This document shows positions 37,671 through 51,294 of a stretch of 64,000 bases of DNA, piece after piece. Position 1 is the stretch's first letter. Each line of letters begins with the position of its first letter. The notes beneath the pieces were generated by a model, which was not told where the DNA came from, searched no databases, and saw nothing but the letters and a program-made list of their open reading frames with translations. This DNA comes from Haliotis rufescens (lineage: Eukaryota), in assembly GCF_023055435.1 (NCBI RefSeq), contig NW_025964223.1, forward strand, positions 46,810,001 to 46,874,000. The letters run 5' to 3'. The position numbers and the translations under genes were made by a program.

Positions 37671-40600
37671 AACATCCATGCGATTGTCACCATGGCAGGC
37701 ATACTAGTGGATTAGTTTGACGCTGCAGTCAATAACGATACAGTTCTCGCGCACAAAGTATTGGTCCTGATCCAGGAGAAATATCAGGTTCACAGAAAAA
37801 AGATCTATGTGTCGGGATAAGAACCATGACATCACATCTGAGTCGGCTTCATTTCTTTGTTTGTTGTAAACCGCTGCATTCCATATTCCAGCGGCTGTAA
37901 ATAATAGAATTTGGTTGAGGCTAATGAGGGGTAGTTTTCCATCTATACTTTCAAACCAAGAATCCATTCTTGCTCGATCTTCATATGGGTGAATGTTGTT
38001 TCCACTCTTAGCTTTTGCTTTGAGTCGACAATGACATATATTCATCAGTGTAGATTTGCCAGGTGTGACGGATCTAAGGAAGTGTCACAGCGGCCGTTTT
38101 GGGACAGCCATTGTGTGAATGAACATTTAATTCCAAAGGCTAATTACCCTGTAATTACCAATGCTTTCACTTCATACCCGGATTCTCCACCAACTTTACA
38201 ATGCATTGGCTGTACGTGTTAGAGACACACGTAATGTTTATAACTATTTTTTGCATATGTCTATATGTAATTTGTCGGTGTACGGTTCTCGGTAGGAAAT
38301 TACAAGATGGAGTCGAAGGTTTGAGGCAGTTACAAGTTTGCTTTATACAGGTAGATACATGTAGATACAAGAATCAATATGTGCCAGATCAGCACATGGT
38401 GATTGTAGTGTTGGTGTCAGTGCCCCGGAGCACCTTGCCCAACCCTAGCTAGGATAAGACCTTATTGTTTGTCTCTGAACAAAGGTGTATGTATCCATGG
38501 TCATCGGACACGGATTAAGTTATAAATACAAATAACAGTAATATTGAAGTGGCATAGTTGCACAGCTTATTCAGGATGGCTGACAGTCAATGAACAATAC
38601 AATTTAGATCAGCATCATTTTTGTGTTTCTAGACATACACATGTCATGGTAATTAGCCTCGGGAGTTAAATGTTCATTCGGATAAAGATTTTCCCAAACC
38701 GATCACTCTGACAGAAGCATGAACCAGGCTCCACTTGTGAAAGCAAGGCTAGCTGTCCGACGATCGTAACTCCCATACTTTAACATAGCCATTATACAGT
38801 CGTAGAGCAAAGACAAAATTCTGCAATAGGGCCCATGGTATCTATCCATCGTGTTCTGTGATTGTGATTTTAGTTGTACATTATTGTTCTTTTAATTATT
38901 TTCGACTTTGTTTTATTGTTGATTATCAATGGTATTGCTGTTGGTACCTACCTGAAAACTGTTGATTTCACAGAAAATATGCCCCCTTACTCCGACAGCA
39001 TGAAACTCCCTCCTTATTCTAAGGAGGTGACCTGGATTAGGGTGAGATACATGATCAAATATGTCCGTGTGTACAAAAGAAACAGCTGTTCATCTAATCC
39101 CTCTCTCAGAATGCCACTCCATTTCCTTTTCACAGCTGTTTTGCCCTTGGCGCCAAGTGGAATCTTTTGGGGATAATCAAGACTGGTTGTTCTTTTGCAT
39201 TGTCGTTTTGTATTGTCTATACCAAAAGTCAGTCTGGTGGCTCAGTCTCAGTGGGGCATGTACACTAGCCATTTTCTCTGCTGTGCATATGTTGTCCACA
39301 AATCACCATCACAATTACGTTTATCTTGTTTAATGCACGTCTTAGTACGCACATCTACAAAGGCCCTAATGAATCCCCAAAGCAGAGCATCCGGTCTACA
39401 GCTGGCACAATAATGGTTGATGGTTCGCTAAGTTTGCAATGACCTCGGTGGCGCCCTTGTTTATTATGTCAAAGCACATGTATCAACCATAACCAGTGGC
39501 TACACTGTGCTGACAGGATTCACATTTTAGTTGTTTATACGCCTGGCATAAGTACCTGGAATATATCATTCCTCTCAGTTAGAGGAATATATAAGTATCC
39601 TAAAGTAGATCACAGATGCACTACAAACGTGTATACCATACTTTGATATAATTGCCTCGTAACGTGTCGGACTGTGAGATATAACTACACCATTCTACAA
39701 AAATCAAACAAATAAACACTATAGTAGCGCTGACATTCCGAACGTAAGATTCTATTTGTATGTGTTCATAATTTCCTATCTGACTTCACAAAAGAAAGTC
39801 AAAACATGCTCTTGTCTCAGTGAGGCTGATCTGGTCGAGCTCATGTGGTTGTTTCAATAACATCGTTGCACTTGGTTGTTCAAGTACTAGTGTTACATAT
39901 GATACCTTCACGGAATAAATCCATGTACGTGTAACTTTGATTCTGTATGGTCTGTGCGGATTCAATACCAAGGGTGTACACTTCTTCTTTCTGTCACCAG
40001 GATGGGTCGAAGCGAGGATATTCGATCACGGACATGCAGTCAAACACTTACACATTTTCATTTATATATGTATGTATGCGAAAACGTCACTTTCAAGATT
40101 AACGTATCTTAACGATCAGAAACAACATTTATGTGTTTATTCGTGCTGGGGAAGTCCAAGGGGTTTCGCTTGGTTTGTGTAAGTTGTTACCTCATTTCAA
40201 GAATATGGTCTCGTGGAAACGAATACGTCAGTTTCACGCTCACGTGACCGGCCTAATGAACTTCAGGATAACTTAAATCAGGATTGTTTTAACTGTCGCA
40301 AATTATATTAAATCGCGTAGCGTAACGGGGCGATTTTATATTTCATTTACAAACAAATCGTAAAACAATATGTACTTACAAAATAATCAGTGCAACCGGT
40401 TCGGAATACCACACCATAGCGCCACATACTCACCGCTGTCTTGTGTTGGGCAGACTTGGAGCCAAGTTCAGCCACAACTCGGTGCCTTTAGGTATTGTTA
40501 GGGAATTTGTTGTCCATAAATTTTATTCTCTAGCAGTTTAATCTCATACTTCTATCATGCATTGATTTGATATATGTTATCTCATATATGTATACTAGCT

Positions 40601-40858
40601 TTTTCATGGTAACTTTGAGTTTCACGCAGTACCGGGATTATCTGGTACTATGTAGATATTTCTCATGTATCTATGTTTTTTGCCATCTTACTAATTGCAC
40701 ATATCTAGTTGTAAAGGTTTAATGGTACCTCTGGGTAGCTTATGTCCAGCCCTTTATTTGGTGCCTACATCACCCATATTGGTTTGCTATTCGTGGCCGG
40801 GGCGAACTTATTTTCCCTAGTAAGTAAATTATGGGGCGATTTTAATCTGGTGCTGACG

Positions 40859-41017
40859 TACTCTGGTATTATTGAGCTGAACTTATCAGCTAGGGTGTTA
40901 TATGTCATAACCCTTTTCTCAGTAATCAATGATGACTTACTCTGGTATTATTGAGCTGAACTTATCAGCTACATGTAGGGCGTTATATGTCATAACCCTT
41001 TTCTCAGTAATCAGTGA
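40859..41017. repeat. Local ~80-bp tandem duplication
   Basis: tactctggtattattgagctgaacttatcagcta...cccttttctcagtaatca occurs twice. Confidence 0.85.
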
Positions 41018-41209
41018 TTTCCCGGGTTTATCTGCTTTAGGTCAAGTTACTCTTTGGTCAAGTACCTTTTTATTGTAGTGACTCTGTAGCTCATTATGTA
41101 GGTCATGTACCTTGTATTTTGGGGGAGTCTTGAATTTCCTTGTTCAGTCCAAGCGACTTTAATCTATAACACTATCGTTTTATATAAGGGACACAATTCG
41201 GTGATGGTA

Positions 41210-41312
41210 AGTGAGTGAGTTGGGTTTAAGGCCGCTTTAACAGTATTCCAGTTAAATCACGGCATGTCAGCTTAGTGTGGGAGGAAAGCCCGAAGTGATG
41301 CAGGTCTTAAGA
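41210..41312 (-). mobile_element. 5'-truncated family A SINE
   Basis: Matches the 3' third of family A (gtgggaggaaagcccgaagtgatgcaggtc). Confidence 0.75.
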
Positions 41313-42874
41313 CTTCAATGCTGAGTGTTGAGTTAACTGACGTTAATTGCCGTTCACAGCCGGCATCATCTGCTGTCCAAGCATCGTGTCGATTGTCTTG
41401 TCAGAGTGTTGATTTAGCTACCTCTTGTAATAGCTGGTAGACGGTTGCTTAGCTGATCAGCTTGTATATTTGTGAATACAAGGTGTTGATAGATTCTGAA
41501 ACGTAAAAGTTTCATTGTTAGTCTAACAAAACAAAACATTACAAAATTATCATACCGTTTAATTCTTTTTCCATTCAATTCTGAAGGATGCATATATATG
41601 AAGCAACTTATGTTCATGATAAATGCATATGACCTGTAATAAAGTCATTAACTGAGCGTCAAGTAAATGACGACAAATACACAGGTAGTGGGTTATACAA
41701 GGAAACATGCATGAAAAGAAGAGACTAGTAACTGTTGTATTTTATGCAATTTGCCTGAAAAATAAGGGTCGTTGCTGTTGATCATGGGTATATGAGCTGA
41801 ATTACATTTATTAATTTCTCTGAAATATATGAAACATTTCTGTCACTGATGAACATAAATCATATATTTGACGAAACATGCGGATTACTAGGCGTGACAC
41901 ATATATCTCTTAGAATATTATTTCTGGAAATGTAGGCATGAGCATATTGATCTCTATGTATACACATATCAAAGTGTTACCACCGTGTCACTGGTGATTG
42001 CGGAGATATCGAGTTGGGGTCGGGGTCTTGCCTTCTCATGTTTCCACTTCATCTTCATCGTTTCCATACCGCGGAACTGGCTCGTGTTGGTTTTATGATT
42101 TCTTGATGGGTCAAGGGATCTTCGGAATCAGGCAATGTATCGGATGCCATGTTGTCTCACCATAAAGTGGTAATTGATATCCTTTGCGCTGTGTTAAACT
42201 GTCGCCGATTACGCTATAATCCAAGGAGGATAACTCTGATCTGTTTAGATCGGAACACGAAGGCCTCATAACGACATAACATTTTCATACTTGTTGTGAG
42301 CTTCCTACTTTCAATGTGAAAAAAAATAGTGTATATTTTCAGACATCGACGTTAGCTAATTCTTAAATCGAGTTTGGTTTTAAGTACGATAGAAAGTGAT
42401 TTTTGTGTGTACACTTCCCCTTTAAACAAGACACATATCAACACGTGTTCTATAGCAATGTGTAACTATAATCCCCTCGTGTTTGCTGACAATACAGTAC
42501 TATTTTACGAGTGCATCTGCATGCAGCTAAAGGAGACGTTTCTTAATCAAACTGGGTTCAATGTTCTGTGGAGGCAAACATCCCTTATGTGCCTCTTCTC
42601 CGGATGGTATGTCACAATACAGACGATGAGGTCTGTTGATCATAACTATGCTGTATAATTTCATATACATGTATATGACAAGAACGATTCAGAACAGTAC
42701 TGTAAACACCGCGACACCCCAGCGTGATCAGTGCAATTACCCCTAATTGTGATCGCGAACATTGCCGTATTTTGACTTGTTATTGCCAATTAAGTGATTT
42801 CTGTTATACAAATTACGCCTGCTTTTCTTCAAATATGACATTACTATTATCGTATAAACATATCTGATATTATG

Positions 42875-43405
42875 CCAATAGAATCAAAGGAATGTATTTG
42901 TGGAACAGTTGCGAATGATATAGTGAAACACGTTTTCATGTCATGTCAAAAGAATTTAGAAGAAATTTTTGATAAAATATTTGATAAAATCATTGATTTG
43001 CTTGATGTTAAAATATTTGTGAGAATCTGGGCAGACACCTTTCTGACTTTTCTGCTTGGCGGTTTACCTGAACATCTTGAAGTTGAATTAGACTACAATG
43101 TATGGGCAGAGAGCATGATAAATATTGGTGGTGCAGTTAAAAAGTGGGATGAAGTCATCCGAAGCTGCTTATACTAAACAATGTATGTATTGTAAACAAG
43201 TGTACATTTGTAAATAACACATGCTTATTGTCCATCTAATAACACAAATAATCAATATGACACATATGTATATGGACTAATTCTGACATATATATAATAT
43301 ACATATATATGTGTGTGTGTGCACATTTATACTATAGATGTTGTCCTTTCACTGTATACCTTGTACTCTTCATGAAATGGAGGAAATAAAGAAGATCTAT
43401 CTATC
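42875..43405 (+). mobile_element. Short 5'-truncated LINE of the same group with (TATC)n tail and 14-bp TSD
   Basis: IESKECICG..DIVKHVFMSC...LLGGLPE is homologous to the end of the 48810 ORF; TSD tatctgatattatg at 42861-42874 and 43406-43419. Confidence 0.8.
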
Positions 43406-44443
43406 TATCTGATATTATGGGAAATACCTTTGACTGTCCTTTGACAGTTACGAACCATAATACGTTTAGTTGACATTTGGAAAGGACATAAGGCCGTTTT
43501 ATGACGTCATTTGCCCGGTTAAACCGTATATCCAAATGTCTATGTCGTATCTGAACTAACCATGTATCCATGCAGTTAACAGGTCAAACATTTCTTTTTA
43601 AAGGTGAGACAGTCAATGCCACCATGTCTTTCCTGATATATGGCGCCCAATTGTTCCTGGATTCGACTTAATGTTTTATGAGATAAATGGAAATCCCCCA
43701 TGGCCATCTATTCGTTCCATAAAACCTTCAACTCAAACACATCACTCCCGACATAGGATATATAGGAATGTTAGACAAAACATGCATCAAAACCACTGTC
43801 ACCATAAAACCTTCTTTAACATAGTTTAATGGAAAGCCTACCTTGAAATTGAAAATTACTAGTTTCTGATTGACTAATTAGTGGTATCAAACCACTATAA
43901 TTACCTCTGGTTGACGATTCGAGAGGCGCATCACCGCCGAAGCTAAATCCTTCTTTCTTAGTCATTGTCGGCGGGAATTCATAAATATGTACAATTATAA
44001 GTTACAAAACAAATAAATTCCAATTCATATCAATAAATATACAGATCATCAAGACGGTGTTAACATTTTACTGTTCAATTGTAGATAACAATTGCTTTGA
44101 TAAAGGTTACATCGTTTAATACTACTGTCGCTCATATTCAGGTACAGCTGGTCTGTCATACAGACCCTGAAACAAACATGTCCAATGACGATGCAAGTCT
44201 ATGTTATTTGGCAAATCTCTTGGCTTCTTTTCGTTATATTTTATTAAGATATTTCAACAACAGTTACTGTTTCTCTTGATAATAAGCTGATGCCTTCTAG
44301 AAACTTCATAAGACGATCAAGTTTACTATGTTCAAGTTGTTTACACAAAGGTGGATAACACTTTACTGAGGCTTTGATAATTTGTTGTCAGTGGCAATTA
44401 TTGCAAATAAACATGCGACATTCTCCACCGCCACATAACATCA

Positions 44444-46508
44444 CATTAATGTGTTTGTAGTCGGTACGTCTCCCCTCAGTGGCGCCTTCACAATAGAACG
44501 ACGCTCACAAAGCGTCTGAACAGAACATTTATGTGTTTCTTGTCGGTACGTCTCCCCTCAGTAGAGCCTTTACAATAGAGCAACGCTCACAAAGCGTCTG
44601 AACAGTACATTTATGTGTTTGTAGTCGGTACGTCCCCCTCAGTAGCGGCTTCACAATAGAGCAAAGCTCACAAAGCGTCTGAACAGTACATTTATGTGTT
44701 TCTTGTCGGTACGTCTCCCCTCGGTAGCGGCTTCACAATAGAGCAACGCTCACAAAGCGTCTGAACAGTACATTTATGTGTTTGTAGTCGGTACGTCTCC
44801 CTTCGGTAGCGGCTTCACAATAGAACAACGCTTACAAAGCGTCTGAACAGAACATTTATGTGTTTGTAGTCGGTACGTCTCCCCTCAGTAGCGGTTTCAC
44901 AATAGAGCAACCCTCATTAAGCGTCTGAACAGTACATTTATGTGTTTGTAGTCGGTACGTCTCCCCTTGGTAGCGGCTTCACAACAGAGCAACCCTCATT
45001 AAGCGTCTGAACAGTACATTTATGTGTTTGTAGTCGGTACGTCTCCCCTCAGTAGCGGCTTCACAATAGAGCAACGCTCACAAAGCGTATGAACAGAACA
45101 TTTATGTGTTTGTAGTCGGTACGTCGCCCCTCAGTAGCGGCTTCACAATAGAACAACGCTCACAAAGCGTCTGAACAGAACATTTATGTGTGAATAGTCG
45201 GTACGTCCCCCTCAGTAGCGCTGTCACAATAGAGCAACGCTCACAAAGCGTCTGAACAGAACATTTATGTGTTTCTTGTCGGTACGTCTCCCCTCGGTAG
45301 CGGCTTCACAATAGAGCAACGCTCACAAAGCGTATGAACAGAACATTAATGTGTTTGTAGTCGGTACGTCTCCCTCAGTAGCGGCTTCACAATAGAGCAA
45401 CGCTCATTAAGCGTCTGAACAGAACATTTATGTGTTTGTAGTCGGTACGTCTCCCCTCAGTAGCGGCTTCACAATAAAGCAAAGCTCACAAAGCGTCTGA
45501 ACAGAACATTTATGTGTTTGTAGTCGGTACGTCTCCCCTCAGTAGCGGCTTCACAATAGAACAACGCTCACAAAGCGTCTGAACAGAACATTTATGTGTG
45601 AATAGTCGGTACGTCCCCCTCAGTAGCGCTGTCACAATAGAGCAACGCTCACAAAGCGTCTGAACAGAACATTTATGTGTTTCTTGTCGGTACGTCTCCC
45701 TCAGTAGCGGCTTCACAATAGAGCAACGCTCACAAAGCGTCTGAACAGAACATTTACGTGTTTGTAGTCGGTACGTCTCCCCTTGGTAGTGCCTTCTTAA
45801 TAGAACAACGCCCACAAAGCGTCTGAACAGAACATTTATGTGTTTGTAGTCAGTACGTCCCCCTCGGTAGAGGCTTCACAATAGAGCAACGCTCAGTAAG
45901 CGTCTGAACAGAACATTTATGTGTTTGTAGTCGGTACGTCTCCCCTCAGTAGCGGCTTCACAATAAAGCAGCGCTCACAAAGCGTCTGAACAGAACATTA
46001 ATGTGTTTGTAGTCAGTACGTCCCCCTCGGTAGCGGCTTCACAATAGAGCAACGCTCATTAAGCGTCTGAACAGAACATTTATGTGTTTGTAGTCGGTAC
46101 GTCTCCCCTTGGTAGCGGCTTCACAATAGAGCAACGCTCATTAAGCGTCTGAACAGAACATTTATGTGTTTGTAGTCGGTACGTCTCCCCTCAGTAGCGG
46201 CTTCACAATAGAGCAACGCTCACAAAGCGTCTGAACAGAACATTTATGTGTTTGTAGTCGGCACGTCTCCCCTCGGTAGCGGTTTCACAATAGAACACCG
46301 CTCACAAAGCGTCTGAACAGAACATTTATGTGTGAATAGTCGGTACGTCCCCCTCAGTAGCGCTGTCACAATAGAACAACGCTCACAAAGCGTCTGAACA
46401 GAACATTTATGTGTTTCTTGTCGGTACGTCTCCCCTCGGTAGCGGCTTCACAATAGAGCAACGCTCACAAAGCGTATGAACAGAACATTAATGTGTTTGT
46501 AGTCGGTA
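44444..46508. repeat. 82-bp tandem satellite, ~25 copies (further partial units at ~46755-46888)
   Basis: Unit catttatgtgtttgtagtcggtacgtctcccctcagtagcggcttcacaatagagcaacgctcacaaagcgtctgaacagaa. Confidence 0.97.
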
Positions 46509-47193
46509 ATTTCATTATATCAACTATGTAGATTTCAGATTGAAAGAAAACACGTTTCACACAGCAGGGGTTAACAGGTTAGTGTTGCTTGCGGGAGACA
46601 CAAATGTGACGTTTAGTGCCCCATATGAATTTGTAAGGACGTGTAAAGAAACTGTTTCCTGGTAAACAATCATCAGCGAGTCTACGAAATATACTTACTA
46701 CGACGACAAACCACAATAGTGACTGATATCCTTCATGAGAACGATCATGCATACGTATGTCTCCCCTCTGTTACGTCTTCACAATAGAGCAACCCTAACA
46801 AAGCGTCTGAACAGAACATTGATGTGTTTGTAGTCGGTATGTCTCCCCTCTGTTACGTCTTCACAATAGAGCAACCCTAACAAAGCGAAATGTCTCTCAC
46901 GGGGCTTCACACTTGCGTTGGGAACGATTCATTTTAAAAACACAAGACACGACAGATATATCTTAAGTGACCTTTACGATTTTCTTCTTTAAGGGCTCCG
47001 GACACTGTGACATTCCGCGTGAAGGTACTTTCCACGACTTTGCAGACATAAGCTCCACAGCGTTGTTTTTAATATATCTTGATTAATGTTGTTAACTAAT
47101 TGAAAACGTGAATAACTTTCCATTCCACATACATGTAGGAAACACCAGTCACAATGACGGAATCATGTCTCTGCAACAGATGAGCATGTCCTG

Positions 47194-47360
47194 CACCCGT
47201 GGGGATAATGGGTATTATAAGAATATAGGCCCTCAGCAACATATGTTTGTCGTAAGAGGCTACTAAATGGATTGGGTGGTTAGGATCGGTGACATGGTTG
47301 ACTGCCTTTCATCCCATTTGCGTGGCGACATTGTCTGGCGTTAAACAGCAAACAACCAAA
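47194..47360 (+). mobile_element. Divergent, internally deleted family B copy
   Basis: cccgtgggg...gaatataggccctcagcaac...gtcgtaagaggc...ggcgttaaacagcaaac. Confidence 0.65.
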
Positions 47361-47869
47361 GTAGCTCATGTGGCGAATAAAGGTGAAGGTCAAAACGTAA
47401 AGTGTTTAAGGGACATAACTCTGAACCAAGGCAAACGTGTGGTCTGATGGTTGCTGTCCAAACTGTAACAAGCTGTTCTGAACTCTGTGTTTTAGCTCCC
47501 TGAACATGGTATAACACTTGGATTGTTTGCTTTAGGTTGTTTCAAGTCTACTGTTTTAATACATAACCAAAATTTCATTTCGAAGAAAGTGTCCATGTTG
47601 TGGACGTTATGGTAAAAGGGCGTCTTGACCAGTGTTACAGTGGATCTTGAGCATAAATAAAACTATGTGATCAGGCGATCGCACAGTCAAGACGTCTAAC
47701 GGCACGCGATTTAAGAAGTACCACTTGTTCACCCTGGAATCTTCTCCACCTTCTTGATCGGTCACATTGCAGAGATGGACGCAAACACTTTCTTTTAATT
47801 GTGTAGAACAATACAAACACCCCTCTCGCGGTACTTTACTATCAAATAGATGCCGCATGCATTGTGTTC

Positions 47870-48560
47870 ATATTTGTTGATGAGTATGACAAAAATGCTC
47901 ATTTCATGTTGGTATTTCATCCAAACTCCTGTGAAAGACCAATCAAGTTAATTTCAATCGATCGTGCTTCATTGGCTCAATATACTTTAGATCTGTTTTA
48001 AACATTCAAGATACTGTCGTGAATGACTATAATAGTTATCACCATGAGGGATCACACAACTGTGATGTTTGTAATGTTGATGACTGTAAAAAGTTGTTAA
48101 ACAGAGACATCAGTTTGGAAGAGATTGAAAAGTTATTTTTAACTTATAAGTTCTGGTCCTGATAGTGTGCCGCAAATGTTCAAATATAAAAGTGAGACTC
48201 ATTGATCTTATTTACTTGTATTATTCAAAAGTATTTTTAAGTCATCGTGTATTTTTTCCAAGATCAGTGGTCAATGAACATTCATTAACCATCACACATG
48301 ATGTCAATTATTATCGTGGAAAATGCCTTATAGACGTTTGTGGGAAGACATTCACACCTGTACAAAACAATCGTTTGAAAAATTTTGGCGAGTTTATGAA
48401 TACATGCCAAGGTGGTTTCCGTAAAGGGTATTCTACCATGGACAATGTATTTATTTTACAAAGCTTCCTTTTCTAAATCTTACGGTCGTTTTTATTGCTT
48501 ATATGAAGATTTCCGCGAGGCTTCGGTAAACAGGGACCATTTATATTTTATGTTTTGTTA
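47870..48560 (+). mobile_element. Degenerate LINE reverse-transcriptase fragment
   Basis: NYYRG..L.DVCGKTF, QGGFRKGYSTMDNVFILQS, FYCLYEDFREA in broken frames. Confidence 0.7.
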
Positions 48561-48882
48561 TCTGGTAACATTCCGAGACCAGAAACCAGAGATCATCTTT
48601 AGATCTGTGCATACAAATTCAGACTGACGAAAACATATCCACAAGACTATATTGACTGTATTTCTACATTTCACATTTTCTGAGGTTCAATCGAGCATGC
48701 TCATTTTACGAAGATTCCATAGAGCGTCATACAATTCTTCTAAATAGAGTTCTTTGATCAGGGTTAAAACAATAGAGGCCTCAAGCTTTCAAAACGTCTT
48801 ACGGCAGACATGTGGAGGATGCTTTTTTCTAAATATGACGCATCAGTGACAAACAATATGTCCAATGCAATTCACTATTTTG

Positions 48883-49904
48883 TCTTGGGACTATTTACCC
48901 TCAAAGAATACGATATGCTGGAAGTTATTCAACGTTATTTCAGTAGAAAAATACAGGGCCTTTCAAAATGTACATCAGGTACTGTTGCTGTGGACAACAT
49001 GGGCTTGATATCTCTCCAATCCTTTATTGAAAAACAGTCACTGTTACTACTTGGAAAACTATGCCGGTCCAGTTACAGCTATGTTTTTAAAAAGGTATTC
49101 ATTACTCGCCTTGGGCAGTTTAGATACGAAATAAAGTTGGATAACTTCAGAAAACGATGTGCTTTGTCACCTGTATATAACATGCTTAGACTTGTCAAAA
49201 CATACAATCTCTATGCAGAAATAGAAGATTATCTAATCAAATGTAGCTTCCCAAGTAAAAAGGCATGGTCTGATATTGTTAAGGAAAGGATTATTTTTGC
49301 AGACCAGGAAGCTGTATGCTCTAAGCTGCTATCTAGACTTAACTTAAATAGATATGTTTCGCTACGTAATGATAAAGAACACAGACTCTGGCTGCTTGCA
49401 CTTGAACGTCCTGAACAGTTCCCAAACCTGTCTCATCTTGTACGGCTGGGATGCCTAAATATAGAATCTAGGGAATGTCGATGTAGAATTGTAGCTCATG
49501 ATATTATTAAGCATGTCTTTTTGTATTGTACATTGAATATGAATGACAGAACTGAACTATTTGAAATCATGTGTGATGTGATAGATGTCTCTACATTTGC
49601 AAGACTATGTAGTGAGGATGATGATATAATCCTGTCTGTACTACTTGGCGGTTTGCCTGAGTGTGTTAGCTCTTTATCTCAAAGTCTATGGGGTGACCTT
49701 ATGGTTATTGTGTCAAGTTACTGTAGGAAATGGCTGTATCTGTTACAAAACAGTTATAAGAATGTTTGATTGTCATGCATTTTGTAGTTATCATTTCTCA
49801 TAATATTGTTAAATTGTACTACTGAACAGCTCTGTAATTGTACATAATATCATAAATGATATGTATCTTCAATATCTGGAGGAAAGAATATCTATCTATC
49901 TATC
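48883..49904 (+). mobile_element. 5'-truncated non-LTR retrotransposon (RTE/RTEX-like 3' end) with (TATC)n tail and ~70-bp TSD
   Basis: Post-RT C-terminal ORF (LEVIQRYFSRKIQGL...C-x-C...HVFLYC); direct repeats at 48811-48882 and 49905-49972. Confidence 0.82.
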
Positions 49905-50029
49905 TGTGGAGGATGCTTCTAAATATGACGCATCAGTGACAAACAATATGTCCAATGCAATTAACTATTTTGACCCGTGCCATGTGTTCTCCTGTGATTG
50001 ATTTAGATGAACGGTTGACCTGCCTTTGT

Positions 50030-50290
50030 ATGTGTTTGTGACGGGCACCACCGGTGGGGCAGGGTACGCTCTCTGTTTCGCGAACACCTGGTATCATAAC
50101 TATTTTGTAGTGATTCATAGACACAATATAGTCGGAATTGCACAATCGACTCTTCTTTAAAGCAGATATATCTAATTAATAATGAAGGGGTTCTGTCGCT
50201 TTTATTCAATACGCGTTGGCGTTTATGGGGGTACAAACGTTAATAACGAGTTAATATTTCTTCACACATGTGTTTACGGATTTATGCAAA
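50030..50290 (+). repeat. Dispersed repeat (Penelope-terminus-like); homologues at ~5385-5585 (+), ~13345-13450 (-) and ~1300-1390 (-)
   Basis: Shared core (g)aacacctg(g/a)tatc...agtgattcata. The Penelope assignment is by resemblance only. Confidence 0.5.
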
Positions 50291-51294
50291 GTGTGAACAC
50301 TGTTTTTCATGTTTACCTCCAAAAACGAAAATAATATTGGAGTCAGTTCTTAAAATAAATGTTGACAGGTTGACAGTCCTTCACTTGTCATTATATCTGA
50401 ATGTCATAACTCATATATACATGTATGCATTGTGTTTGGTCTTAATCTTAGTTACAAGTGCATGGGGGGCATTATTGCTGCCTCCCACTATAACGAAAAT
50501 TAAAATTAGAGATCGTAATGTTGATAATGTATCTTGTCTACAAGGAGGAGAGTACTTTCACGTCAAGATATAGGCGTAATGTCATCATAACTTACTCAGT
50601 TACGGACATAGTCATATTCGAAGATACTGAGGAATTAGCTGATGTGTCTTAAGTTTTATTATGGCTGATAGTTTTGGCGCTTATATGTATTTTGATAGTG
50701 CAGGATGTGCCGTTACAACATAAACTGACCACTGCCTTGTGAGGACGTGTCTTGACATTGCAGACACGGTTATGCATGTGCTACTTACATCTCAGCTCGT
50801 AGATAACACATTTATGCCTGTCATGAGTCCTGCACTGTTAACTGACGAAGGTGAAACCGCTGCAAGTTCCTTTGTTTTAGGAATGTTAACGCCTCATCAT
50901 TGACAGGCTAATTATGAGATGTCCTTGAAACCAGAACATCCCCAAGGAGCTTCACCCATAAATGGCTTCGACGAATATCTTGATGACTAAATTCTTTTCC
51001 AATTCAACTGAGTCTTAAAGATCAATGTTTCAAATTGGGCCTACGTCTAGCAATCAGGAAGTAAACTCACTGTCAACAGTTCATTTATGTAAAATGTTTT
51101 GTGAATATCTATTTGTGCGAATTACTAATCTCCATATGAGGTTGGTAGAAAAACAATATCTTAGCCACACAACAGTGAACAGGGCACCAAGGGCATTCCG
51201 TTTTAGATTGGCTCTGGCATCGATCTTCTACTTTTGGATGCGGACATACACGCAGTGTTGTACTATTTATTATTCATTTGGAAAGTAAAGCGCT

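Noticed and set aside
37704-38045. 113-aa minus-strand ORF and similar isolated ORFs (862-1330, 56656-56916, 58344-58544)
   Set aside because: No recognisable domain and no consistent splice partners, so they cannot be supported from sequence alone.
42055-42150. Minus-strand peptide ...SSAVWK resembling the start of a BED finger
   Set aside because: It stops immediately, with no downstream Cys/His pattern or hAT TIRs.
44444-46508. CRISPR-like regular array (also 21335-22265)
   Set aside because: The units are contiguous near-identical repeats with no unique spacers, there are no cas genes, and the context is eukaryotic.
46650-46680. Hammerhead-like CTGATGA...GAAA cores (also ~50842, ~53546, ~59478)
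   Set aside because: There is no proper stem II closing pair and no stems I/III with an NUH site.
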